Positions 52,806-63,000 of a stretch of DNA of 64,000 nt are shown here, in pieces; positions within the stretch are counted from its first letter, which is position 1, and each line of letters starts with the position of its first letter. Where the stretch lies: assembly GCA_964501115.1 (NCBI GenBank), contig CAZCRO010000002.1:9813-73812 (forward strand). The letters are read 5' to 3'. This stretch comes from an uncultured Oscillospiraceae bacterium. Lineage in GTDB: Bacteria; Bacillota; Clostridia; Oscillospirales; Oscillospiraceae. A program made the position numbers and the translations under genes. The notes under the pieces are model-generated. The model ran no database searches. It had not been told where the DNA came from and worked only from the letters and a program-made list of their open reading frames with translations.

Positions 52806-53756
52806 TCATTCCTGCATAGCCTTGCATACCAGCTCCCGGAAACCGGTGATGGCAATGGTTACCTGGGAGGCAAGATCCACCTCCTGCGCCTTTCCCTCCG
52901 GCGTGACGGCAATGCCCTGAATCTGGGGCAGGGTCTTTCCCGTTACATAGGTGGCAAAATTGGCCGCCTGCTGGTACCACTCATACCTGGCTCCGCCATA
53001 GGCTTTCATTCCATAGCGCTCTTTCAGCTGGTTTTTGGTCTCCACAGGGGCAGACAAATCGGTTGTAATATGCCCCGCTTCATCCAGGAGCACCGTCACC
53101 TGCAGAGCATCCAGGTAACAGGAACATACCGTATCTTCCCTAACCGTCACTGCGGCAGCATCCCAATCCAGCGAGATACTCCCCCGGGCAGCAGTTTCCA
53201 GACTATACATTCCTGCCAACTTCAATACATCTTCTGCCCCGGCACCCAGATACTGAGCATTTTCGCACGCTTTTTCCAGCGCAACCACCCAGACTTCCGG
53301 AAACTCCCTTTCCAGACTACGCAGCTCCTCCGCCGTTTTGCCGATAGCATATTCTTCCAGCCGGATTGCCTGGTGGCTCCATGCGTCAGTACCGCCGTCC
53401 ACCGTCTTTGCGGTGCTGACCGGCTGGACGGCATCCCGGGTGCACGTTCCGGTATCATCGAAGAAAACCCGGGTCATCAGGCCATCGAGCTTGCAGGCGG
53501 TAATCACGCCGGAGGCATCTGTGTGCACAGCTGCCGCGCCAACCTCCAGAACTACATACCCTTCCTCCGCCGGGGCGGCATTCTCCCCGGAAATGGTTGT
53601 GTGCAGCCCCAGTCCGGTCTTCACAGCTCCTTTTTCTGGGAGCACTGCCTCCTGACTTTCTTCACAGGTACAGTTGTACACAACCGTAGTGCCGGTGCAT
53701 CCCAAAAGCACTGCCAGAATAATCAGCAATAGCAGCCCCGCAAGCACTCTTTTCAT
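52806..53756 (-). CDS. Lipoprotein with two FMN-binding-like repeats
   Basis: Lipobox LLGC; duplicated AAAV...D.L...W..QA...Y..GKT..E/Q unit; C-terminal DLASQVTI. Confidence 0.65.
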   Translation of the reverse strand: MKRVLAGLLLLIILAVLLGCTGTTVVYNCTCEESQEAVLPEKGAVKTGLGLHTTISGENAAPAEEGYVVLEVGAAAVHTDASGVITACKLDGLMTRVFFDDTGTCTRDAVQPVSTAKTVDGGTDAWSHQAIRLEEYAIGKTAEELRSLEREFPEVWVVALEKACENAQYLGAGAEDVLKLAGMYSLETAARGSISLDWDAAAVTVREDTVCSCYLDALQVTVLLDEAGHITTDLSAPVETKNQLKERYGMKAYGGARYEWYQQAANFATYVTGKTLPQIQGIAVTPEGKAQEVDLASQVTIAITGFRELVCKAMQE

Positions 53757-53848
53757 AAAATCCCTCCAAAAATCATGTCATTTCAAACCTTTCCCCTAGT
53801 ATTCCACAGGCATAGTTAAGATATTTCCCGGAAAATACCGGAAAAAGA

Positions 53849-53895
53849 AAAATCCCGCAGAGCTGTCCTTGATAGAACAAACCTTGCGGGATTTT
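53849..53895 (-). terminator. Terminator after the large surface protein gene
   Basis: AAAATCCCGCA...TGCGGGATTTT. Confidence 0.65.
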
Positions 53896-53911
53896 CCTTT
53901 TACAGAAACTT

Positions 53912-56900
53912 TTATTTTTTCTTTTTCAACTTGGGAATCACCAAAACCACAGCCAGGGTGCCTCCCATGCCAAGGCCGATGCCGAATAGCAACACAAGTA
54001 CTGCCTCCCCCAGGGAAATAGTATCCTTCCGGGACTCTTCCTGCACGGCAGGCGCAGACAGCACAGGTATTTGCACAGAAGGCAGTGCATCTCCCCCTCT
54101 GTCCAGTACATCGGTCATATCGTACAATCCTGTCTTGCCTTCCAGAAAGCGGTTGTAGGCCGTCAGCGCATAGTAGGCCTGTTCCGTTGCCATACCGTCC
54201 AGATCTCCATCCGCAATATGTCGGAAGCCGCCCTCCGGAATATAGTAACGCAGCAGGGCATCCAGAGCAGAGCTGCCGTTTTTCACAAAGCGGGAATCCG
54301 TATTCGGGTCAATGCCCAGCGCCGTCAATGCGACCACCACCTGGGAAATGGACTCGCTGGTAGCTACCTTGCCGCCGTTTCCGAAAGTGCTGTAGCCGCC
54401 ATCTGCATCCTGCATCCGGCTCAGACGCTCTACTGCCTTCTCCACAGCGGCTGCCACCTCCGGAACTTCCCGGCAGTAGGGAGCCAGCGCCTGAAGCGCC
54501 ATGCCGGTCATATCCGAATCCGCTTCCGTCCCGGAAATTGCCCAGCCTCCGTCCGGGGTCTGCACTGCCAGGATCTCCTGCAGCAGCCCCTGCCGGGTCA
54601 CATTGCCCTCCGGCACCGGGTAATTGCCACAGTCCAATGCCAACAGCGCCCAAATGGGGCCATTGTTTCCCTGCTTTTTCACGAAATCCATATCGTTCAG
54701 ACCCAGCAGCAGGTTGTGGCCACCAACATTGGTGACATCCTTGCCCATAGCGGTAAGGGCCAAAATCAGCCGGGAATTGTCCGTAGACTTCGCCTTGTGC
54801 AGCCGCTGGTTTTCATCGATATGCTCACGGACATAGGCCACTACCCCTTCATAATACCGGTCTGCATCCGGTATTTCCAGACCGGATCGTGCCAGACCAA
54901 TCACCATCCACTCTCCGCCGACGCTGCCCACACTGGGGGTACCCAGCGCCTGGATATAGCTTCCGGTGGTTTGGAAAGCCTGGGCGAACTTTTCTCCGGA
55001 AATCCCCTGCTCCAGGACCTTCTCTTCCGCTTCCAGCAGCTCCAGGTTCTCCACCAGTTGCTTTTGCAGCTGCGTCAGCGCCTCGTAGCCGGCCCGGGCA
55101 GCCTCCACCGCGGCACGCTTGTCTCCTGTGATGCCTGCCAAAGCCTGGATTTGATCTATCACAGCCTGGGCTTTTTTCTTGTCCTCCTGGGTGGCATTCA
55201 ACTTTGCCAATGCGGTTTCCGCCTGGGTCAGAGTCTTATAATTGGTCACCAGCGCCTTCTGATCCTCCGTCAGGCTGTCATAGCCCCGGCGGGCGGTCTG
55301 GATGGCCATGCTACCGTCCTTGGTAACGGGAGAGGGGATTTTTTCTATCAAGTCCATCACCTGCTGGGCAAGCAGGGCATTCCACTTCTTTGTAGCGGTC
55401 TGCAATGCTTCCAGCTTGGTTACCAGTTTCTTCTGCTGATCCGTCAGCGCATTGTAGGCTTCCCAGGCTGCGGTGATGGCCGAACCACTGTCTGCCGTGG
55501 GGGTGCCAATCTTATCAATCAGTGCGTCCACCTTCTTGGCGGCTGTCTGGTTTGCCTGGACTTGCTCGCTGTCCGTAGGCTTGCCGTAGGCGTTGCCCCC
55601 CTCTTCGTAGCTATAGTCATCGGCATAGTGCAGAACGATTTTGTCACCATTGCGGATATACTTGGCAGATACGCCCACCTCCGGGTGGACACCGTTTACC
55701 GTATACATCCAGCCGGAATTGGCTCCATTGTCGAATTCTGCCAGGCCGTTGATCCCTTCGATATAATAGCTGTTGTACTTTTCCGAATACTTTGCCTGGA
55801 TGGACAGGCCGTGCTTCTGGCATACCCTCTGAATCACATCCCACACCGTTTCCTTGGCATCCGCTTCCACTTTGCTTTCCGTTGCCCAGGGGGTCAGACC
55901 GCCTCTGGCCAAACCGTGGGGGCCACCGTTGGCACTGGGGGATTCATGATGACTGTCCCCCAGGATGGAGACAGCCACATAGATTTTTGTGGATTTGGGG
56001 CTGATCTGAATGGTGATGTCCGCCTTCGCCCCTTGATAACTCAGAGTAATGGTTTGGGCACCGGTCTTTTCCATGCTGTAGCTTCCGATGGTTACATCGG
56101 ACAGCTTCAGCACTTTTTTCTCACCGTCGCTCCACACGGCTGTCAGGGTGATGCCTGTCAAATCCAGCTTATCCCCAACGGTATACTGCGTTTTATAGCT
56201 GCCTCCTGCCACCAACTCTGTCACATAGGCTTCTATCTGAGCATCGGTATAGCAGAGCTTCTCCATATCGGCACCCAGAGGGTCATCCTCCCGGTTGCAA
56301 TCCGTCTTTGTCACTGCCCGGTTATTTCCTGTGGCTACTTTGCCGATGGTAGCCAGCTCCACATAGGTTTGCAACGCCACACAGTTAATATTTTCCAGGG
56401 AATCAGAAGATGTATCGTAATAGAATACCCCATCATGGAAGCCGCCGGTAACGGCGCTGGTGTCCACATGGGCTACACCGCCAATACCCTTGGCCGCATT
56501 TTGATAATAGTTGCCACTGATATGATTATACCGGTTCAGAGACTGCATAAAACCGATGATACCGCCGACAAAGCTGCCGGAGGTAGCGCTTACCGTGCCT
56601 GTGGAGCGATTGTTGAGAATATATCCCGCGCCATTGGGCCAGCACTGCTGAACACAGGCCTCCGCTCCGTAGATGCCGCCCACCGCATTTCCGCCGGTGA
56701 CGCTACCGGTATTGGTACAGCTCTTAATGGTGACCATCTTGGCATTGGGGGCAGTTTCCATACCCCAGTTGGTACCAGCATAGCCGCCGCCGACAATGCC
56801 GCCAACATAGTTTCCTGTAGCCACTACGCTACCGCCAAAAGTACAGTCCTGCACTTCCAGATCTGCCATAGATTGTCCCTGGTTGGCGACAATGCCGCCA

Positions 56901-58735
56901 ACCCAACTCACACCGTACACACTTGCGTAGCTGGTGCATCCATGGATGCTGCCATTAAACTCTCCACCGAAGGAACCAATATGACTCTGGCTCTTGTCAT
57001 AGCCAATGACCACGCCCGCCTCTACATGGCAGTCCTCTATCCAAACCTGATCCTGGCCGGAGGCATAGCCGCCGATAAAGCCGGATTTCAGAGTCTTGGT
57101 ACCCGCTACCAGGGTGACCCGGTAAAATTTAGCATAATAGCTTGCCTTTTTGTCCACTGCATAGGTACTGACCAGTCCATAGTCTTCTATCTGTTCGCCA
57201 TACAGCAACAGATCATGAATCACCGCACCCCGGGTTTTTGCGAACAGTGCTTTTCCCCCTGCCGGAATGGAAATTTTATGGCCGCCGCCGTCAAAATCTC
57301 CCATAAAGGGGGTTGCCGTACTTCCGATACCCTCCCACTGGCCGGTGATGACAATATCCTCCATCACCCGGACATAGGTATCGGCCGTCGTTTTCCCCTG
57401 CTCTACCCAAAGATCCAGCAGATACAGATCCTCCTGGCTGTACAGCGCGTAGGGCTGTTCCTGGGTGCCCTCCCCTTCCAGCCGGGCTTCCATGGTGATG
57501 GGATATTCCACTGTTTTTCCCAGATAGGAAATGGTCACGGCGGTATCCAGCGCTGTCAGCGCCCCGCCGGGTGCATAGGTAAACTGACCCGGGGCTATGG
57601 TGAAGTCCTCTTCTCCATCGCAGTGTACCGTAACCTCCATACCCGTCGGATCAAAACTTTCTCCCGGGACATAGGTGGTTTTATCCGGGGCTTTGGTCAC
57701 CTCCAAAGAAGTAATTTCCAGATTCTGTCGGGTAAATTGCAGCGTGTACTCACTTTTTCCCTGGCCTTCCCCCACTGTAATGGGCAGCGAATAGCTTCCA
57801 TCCTCGCTCCAGGCGGGAACAATCTCCGCTTCCTCACCGATTGTCCCTGCAACTGCGGCAATGGTCAGCGTTGCCGCAGTTCCGGCGGTTGCTGTAGCAG
57901 TCAGCTTCAAAACCGTTGTGGGAAACAAAGGCACTGCTCCCTGATAAGTATAGGTCTCCCTGTGGAACGGAAGGTTCAGCGCAATGTCGTTCCCATCCTG
58001 ATCCGCCACCGTCAGGCCGCTTAAAGTTGCCCTGCGGCCAATATGTATCCGGTAGGTTTTTTCCGTCTGTTCGGGGATACCTGCGTGTATAGACAATGTA
58101 TTTCCCGCCAGATCATTTTCCTTTATGATGCCGGGAAGTCCACAACCTGTACTGTCACCGGAGGTCACCGGATAGGATGCTACCGCTTCCTGCCCTGCCG
58201 GGATATATTCCGCCCGAAGCTGCACCCCGTCCCCGGCAGTTTCATCCAGGGCAGCATAGAGATACATTCCAGCATCAGACCCATAATCCGAAAGCATCAG
58301 GGTATACTCCGTCACCTCCGGAGAAAAGGCAGGCACCAGTACCAGAGCATCCGCCTGAGTAGCACCGGAGGGAAGGGCACTGAAATACAGGCTTGAAAGA
58401 AAAACCTCCTGCTCCACACTCTGCTGCACCGGCAGAGCATCCGTCTCGCAGGCGGTACTCTGCACATCGGCAGCGACAGTCTCTTCCTGCGTTTCTCCCC
58501 GCGTTTCTTCCTGGGGTTCTCCCGTTGTCTCTTCCGGCTGTGGCATCGTTGCCTCATTCCCGGCAGTCACTTCTTCCGGTTGTTGTTCTTCCGGCTGCTC
58601 TTGCATAGTATCCGGTTGCAACTGATCCGCCAGAGTTTCCTGAGGCACAGTTTCCTCCGAAGCCATTGCCGGGGCGGGAAGCATCCCCACCAGCAAAATC
58701 AGCGCCATAAGGCTCGCCAGCATGCGTCTGTACAT
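53912..58735 (-). CDS. Large membrane-anchored surface protein (cadherin/Ig-like, GLUG-like, DUF4430-like, helical repeats, prenyltransferase-like alpha-barrel)
   Basis: Signal peptide; PDKTTYVPGESFDPTGM Ig repeats; VGGIVG repeats; YIEGINGLAEFDNGANSGWMYTVNG; QTPDGGW/QDADGGY repeats; C-terminal TM plus KKKK. Confidence 0.82.
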   Translation of the reverse strand: MYRRMLASLMALILLVGMLPAPAMASEETVPQETLADQLQPDTMQEQPEEQQPEEVTAGNEATMPQPEETTGEPQEETRGETQEETVAADVQSTACETDALPVQQSVEQEVFLSSLYFSALPSGATQADALVLVPAFSPEVTEYTLMLSDYGSDAGMYLYAALDETAGDGVQLRAEYIPAGQEAVASYPVTSGDSTGCGLPGIIKENDLAGNTLSIHAGIPEQTEKTYRIHIGRRATLSGLTVADQDGNDIALNLPFHRETYTYQGAVPLFPTTVLKLTATATAGTAATLTIAAVAGTIGEEAEIVPAWSEDGSYSLPITVGEGQGKSEYTLQFTRQNLEITSLEVTKAPDKTTYVPGESFDPTGMEVTVHCDGEEDFTIAPGQFTYAPGGALTALDTAVTISYLGKTVEYPITMEARLEGEGTQEQPYALYSQEDLYLLDLWVEQGKTTADTYVRVMEDIVITGQWEGIGSTATPFMGDFDGGGHKISIPAGGKALFAKTRGAVIHDLLLYGEQIEDYGLVSTYAVDKKASYYAKFYRVTLVAGTKTLKSGFIGGYASGQDQVWIEDCHVEAGVVIGYDKSQSHIGSFGGEFNGSIHGCTSYASVYGVSWVGGIVANQGQSMADLEVQDCTFGGSVVATGNYVGGIVGGGYAGTNWGMETAPNAKMVTIKSCTNTGSVTGGNAVGGIYGAEACVQQCWPNGAGYILNNRSTGTVSATSGSFVGGIIGFMQSLNRYNHISGNYYQNAAKGIGGVAHVDTSAVTGGFHDGVFYYDTSSDSLENINCVALQTYVELATIGKVATGNNRAVTKTDCNREDDPLGADMEKLCYTDAQIEAYVTELVAGGSYKTQYTVGDKLDLTGITLTAVWSDGEKKVLKLSDVTIGSYSMEKTGAQTITLSYQGAKADITIQISPKSTKIYVAVSILGDSHHESPSANGGPHGLARGGLTPWATESKVEADAKETVWDVIQRVCQKHGLSIQAKYSEKYNSYYIEGINGLAEFDNGANSGWMYTVNGVHPEVGVSAKYIRNGDKIVLHYADDYSYEEGGNAYGKPTDSEQVQANQTAAKKVDALIDKIGTPTADSGSAITAAWEAYNALTDQQKKLVTKLEALQTATKKWNALLAQQVMDLIEKIPSPVTKDGSMAIQTARRGYDSLTEDQKALVTNYKTLTQAETALAKLNATQEDKKKAQAVIDQIQALAGITGDKRAAVEAARAGYEALTQLQKQLVENLELLEAEEKVLEQGISGEKFAQAFQTTGSYIQALGTPSVGSVGGEWMVIGLARSGLEIPDADRYYEGVVAYVREHIDENQRLHKAKSTDNSRLILALTAMGKDVTNVGGHNLLLGLNDMDFVKKQGNNGPIWALLALDCGNYPVPEGNVTRQGLLQEILAVQTPDGGWAISGTEADSDMTGMALQALAPYCREVPEVAAAVEKAVERLSRMQDADGGYSTFGNGGKVATSESISQVVVALTALGIDPNTDSRFVKNGSSALDALLRYYIPEGGFRHIADGDLDGMATEQAYYALTAYNRFLEGKTGLYDMTDVLDRGGDALPSVQIPVLSAPAVQEESRKDTISLGEAVLVLLFGIGLGMGGTLAVVLVIPKLKKKK

Positions 58736-58765
58736 TTGCACAACTCCTTTTCTATCCATTCCATA

Positions 58766-58800
58766 AAAAACGCACAGGCACCTGAACGGTGTCTGTGCGA
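58766..58800 (-). terminator. Leader terminator of the cobalamin riboswitch
   Basis: Minus strand: CGCACAGACACC-gttca-GGTGCCTGTGCG-TTTTTT just before the start codon. Confidence 0.8.
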
Positions 58801-58862
58801 CCGATTTTCTCGCTTACCCCATACTCTCCCTCACCCTATTGCAGAGGTGCCCTAGAGTCTCG

Positions 58863-59065
58863 AGCATGGCTGGTCTTCTGGCTTGTGCATTAGGGAAAAC
58901 TCCTGCGCCTGTATTCCGCCTTCCCAGGTTTCCCAAGTGACCGGCTCACGCCATGAATACAGGCTCCTGCACTTACAGCAACGGGTATATGCCCCGGACT
59001 TTCACCGGGTTTCCTGATCTCTCGCACCTGCCCGGAGGCAGAACTTGTGGAGGACGCCATGCAGC
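58863..59065 (-). ncRNA. Cobalamin (B12) riboswitch
   Basis: Minus strand: AGGAAACCCGGTGAAAGTCCGGGGC...CCCGTTGCTGTAA...CACTTGGGAAACCTGGGAAGG...AAGCCAGAAGACCAGCC (B12 box); closing GCATGGC/GCCATGC stem. Confidence 0.9.
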
Positions 59066-59164
59066 TTATTCTTTTGTGAAACCCAAAGATTTCCATCTGT
59101 ATTATAAGAGCAAGCCGGGTTCTTGTCAACTTGAAATCGATATTTTCCCACGGAATTCTATGCA

Positions 59165-59847
59165 TTATGCCCCCTGCTCCCGTGCCATCCGCTGCCAGCT
59201 GAAAAAGCCGTACAGGTCATTCACAAGAAACATGGCAAAGCACACCACAACGGAATAATAAGACGGATTCTCCCTGGCGGCCAGCATCCACAAAAGGATC
59301 AGAACCAGATCATTGGCGCTGTACGCCAAAGCATAGTAAGGACTCCGGCGGAAAGTCGATACACCGCCAGGAAGCTGGTGGCTACCGATACCGTACTGGG
59401 CAGCATATTGGCCGTACCAAAGAAATCCAAAACAAAGTAAAATCCCAGGGTCACCACTGTGGTAAGCAGCACCAGCAGTCCCGGTTCAAATACCTTCAGC
59501 CGGTTTACCGCAACCCGGGAACGATTTCCTTTAAAGGGATTGCGCAGCCAGCTCATCAGTGCTACCAGTGCCATCGGAGCCGTCATACCCAGATAGGTGA
59601 TCATCTCCCCGAAGTAAGAAAAGCCATAGGAAATACCCCCGTAGAGCAGGCTGAACAGAATCATCAGCCCCTGCCCCACAGGATTGCCCTTCGCATTGAA
59701 AATCAGCGATGTGGCACCAATCAGAGATGCCGCCAGTATAAGATAGTTGCTCCTGTCAAAGACAACAAAGGAGGCCAGGATCCCGACCGTTGAGCTTCCC
59801 CACAAGGTCAGCTCCCATTTTGTGAAATAAGAAATGTTGAAATGCAT
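59165..59847 (-). pseudogene. PnuC-like transporter with a 1-nt frameshift
   Basis: LIFNAKGNPVGQ, YFGEMITYLGMT. After FLAVY the frame shifts near 59357 and resumes TFRRSPYYALAYSANDLVLILLW...NDLYGFFSW to TAA at 59165. Confidence 0.82.
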
Positions 59848-59855
59848 ATACCCTC

Positions 59856-59950
59856 CAAAAAGCAAAAACAGGCACCCGTGTACACATCTTCTACGACCTA
59901 ACGATGTGTATACGGGTGCCCTCGCACCGCTGCCCGGTGGCAGCACATAT
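59856..59950 (-). ncRNA. Guanidine-IV riboswitch (GGAM-1/mepA motif)
   Basis: Minus strand: P1 GCTGCC-ACCG-GGCAGC; terminator stem GGCACCCGTATACACATC-GTTAGGTCGTAGAA-GATGTGTACACGGGTGCC-TGTTTTT; loop ACC/GGT complementarity; lies upstream of a pnuC-like gene. Confidence 0.82.
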
Positions 59951-59957
59951 TGCAGGA

Positions 59958-59986
59958 ATTATATAAACAATTTGCGGAAATGTCAA
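59958..59986 (-). promoter_or_regulatory. Consensus sigma70 promoter for the riboswitch-pnuC transcript
   Basis: TTGACA-17-TATAAT. Confidence 0.85.
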
Positions 59987-60039
59987 GCACTTTTCTCCGT
60001 GGAGCTGCTTGCCGTGCCCCACGGAGAAACTGCCGAAGC

Positions 60040-63000
60040 TTACTTAAAGTATTTTGCAGCCGCCCGGAACATCTGAATGTCATATTCCCCGGGAACGTTG
60101 CGGTACAGTCCGGCACCGATACGCTCGCTATGACCCATCTTACCGAATACACGGCCATCCGGAGAGGTGATGCCTTCGATGGCATACATGGAGCCATTGG
60201 GGTTGAAGTGGACATCCGCCGTAGCGTTGCCCTGCAAATCTACATACTGGGTGGCAATCTGGCCATTTGCAGCCAGGCGGCGAATCATTTCTTCACTGGC
60301 CAGGAAGCGGCCTTCGCCGTGGGAAATGGGCACACTGTAAGTTTCCCCAACCTGAGTCAGCGCCAGCCAGGGCGACTTATTGGAAGCAATGCGGGTACGC
60401 ACAATGCGGCTCTGGTGCCGGGCAATGGTATTGAACGTCAGGGTTGCGTCGTCCTCATCCGTATCCCGGATCTCTCCATAGGGTACCAGCCCCAGCTTGA
60501 TCAGCGCCTGGAAGCCATTGCAAATACCGCACATCAGGCCATCCCGCCGATTCAGCAGATCCATAACCCCTTCCTTTACCGCGGCATTGCGGAAGAAGGC
60601 AGTGATGAACTTGGCAGAGCCATCCGGCTCATCGCCGCCAGAGAAGCCGCCGGGGATAAAGACCATCTGCGCCTGCTTCAGCTTTCCGGCAAAAGCATCC
60701 ACGCTGGCAGAGATTGCATCGGAGGTCAGGTTGCGTACCACCACAATTTCCGGCTCCAGGCCGGCATCCGCCACAGCTTTGGCAGAATCATATTCGCAGT
60801 TGGTACCGGGGAACGCGGGAATCAGCACCTTCGGCTTAGCCACAGCCACAGCCGGTGCTACCCGGGCAGTGGCCTGGTAAGAGAAATTCTCCATAGGCAC
60901 CTGCTGGGTGGGGATATTACAGCTGTAGACGCTTTCCAGCTTGTTTTCGTAAGCGGAAAGCACCTCCTGCTGCGTCAGCTCTTCGCCGCCATAGCAGAAG
61001 CATCCACCGGTGGTGCGGCCAAGCAGCGTTCCAACCGTCTCTTCTCCGGCAAATTCCAGCAGGAAAGAGCCATACCGGTAGCCAAACAATGTTTCCAGAG
61101 GAAGCCCCTCTTCAAAAGCAAAGCCCAAGCCGTTGCCGAAGCCCATCTTCATTACGGCCTCTGCTACGCCACCCATTCCGGGGGTATAGGCTGCCACAAC
61201 TCTGCCACTGCGCATCAAATCTGTGACCGTATGGAACACAGACACCAGAGAGTCGGTCCTGGGCAAGCCATTTTCGTCAAATTTCGGACAAAGGAGGGTT
61301 ACCTTATGATTTTCCGCCTTGAATTCCGGAGAAATCACCTGCTCGACCTTTCCTGTGGTCACTGCGAAGGAAACCAGCGTGGGAGGAACATCCAGATTTT
61401 CAAACGTGCCGGACATGGAATCCTTGCCGCCGATGGCGCCAATTTCCAGATCCATCTGCGCCTGGAAAGCACCCAGCAGAGCGGCCAGAGGCTTGCCCCA
61501 ACGCTTGGGATCCTTGCCCAGTCGCTCAAAGTACTCCTGGAAGGTCAGATATACATCTTCAAACGCCGCACCACTGGCCACCAGCTTGGCCACAGATTCC
61601 ACCACTGCCAGATACGCGCCATGGTAGGGGGAGGCGGAGGTGATAAAAGGATTGTAGCCAAAGGACATGAAAGAGCAGTCGTTGGTGTGCTTTTTCTCCA
61701 CGGAGATCTTCTGCACCATAGCCTGGATAGGGGTGAGCTGGTGCTTGCCGCCGAAGGGCATCAGCACAGTTCCGGCACCAATGGTGGAGTCAAACCGTTC
61801 AGACAGCCCCCGCTTGGAGCAGGTATTCAGATCCGAAGCCACCTCCAGGAAGCCCTGGCGGAAGGAGGCGGGAATTGCCTTATCGTAAGCCTGCGCAGGC
61901 TGTGCCTCAGCAGTGATGTGCTTATCAGCACCATTGGAATTCAGGAATTCACGGCTGATGTCGCAGATGGTCTCCCCATTCCAGTGCATCACCAGGCGTG
62001 CTTCCTCTGTTACATCAGCAACCTTGGTGGCATTCAGGTTTTCCTCCGCTGCCAGCTCCAGGAAACGGGGCATATCCTTCCGCTCCACCACAACCGCCAT
62101 ACGCTCCTGGGATTCGGATATGGCCAGCTCCGTACCATCCAGACCTTCGTACTTTTTGGGCACGGCATTCAGATCGATGGTCAGTCCATCGGCCAGCTCA
62201 CCAATGGCTACGGAAACGCCACCGGCGCCGAAGTCATTGCAGCGCTTGATCAGCTTGCTTGCCTCAGGGTTGCGGAACAACCTCTGGAGCTTCCGCTCCT
62301 CCGGAGCATTGCCCTTCTGAACCTCTGCGCCACAGGTTTCCAGTGAATTGACGGTATGGCTCTTAGAAGAACCAGTGGCACCACCACAGCCGTCACGGCC
62401 GGTGTTGCCACCCAGCAGGATGACCACATCTCCGGGTTCCGGGCGCTCCCGGCGCACATTCTGTGCAGGGGTAGCTGCAATCACGGCACCGATTTCCATG
62501 CGCTTGGCCGCATAGCCGGGATGATAAATTTCATCCACAATACCGGTGGCCAGGCCAATCTGGTTACCATAGGAGGAGTAACCTGCCGCTGCGGTGGTGA
62601 CCAGCTTCCGCTGGGGCAGCTTACCGGGAATGGTTTCCGCCACACTCTTCAGAGGGTCTGCCGCACCGGTGACACGCATGGCACCATACACATAGGAACG
62701 GCCGGACAGCGGATCCCGGATAGCACCGCCGATGCAGGTGGCAGCGCCGCCAAAGGGTTCAATCTCCGTGGGATGGTTGTGGGTCTCATTCTTGAACAGC
62801 AGCAGCCAGGGCTCCTTCACCCCGTCTACCTCCACGTCCATTTTCACGGTACAGGCATTGATTTCCTCCGACTCGTCCAACTTTTCCAGCTTTCCGGTAG
62901 CTTTCAGGTGCTTGACTGCAATGGTAGCCAAATCCATCAGGCAGATGGGCTTATGCTCTCTTCCAAGGCGCTTGCGGGTATCCAGATAGGTCTGATAGGT

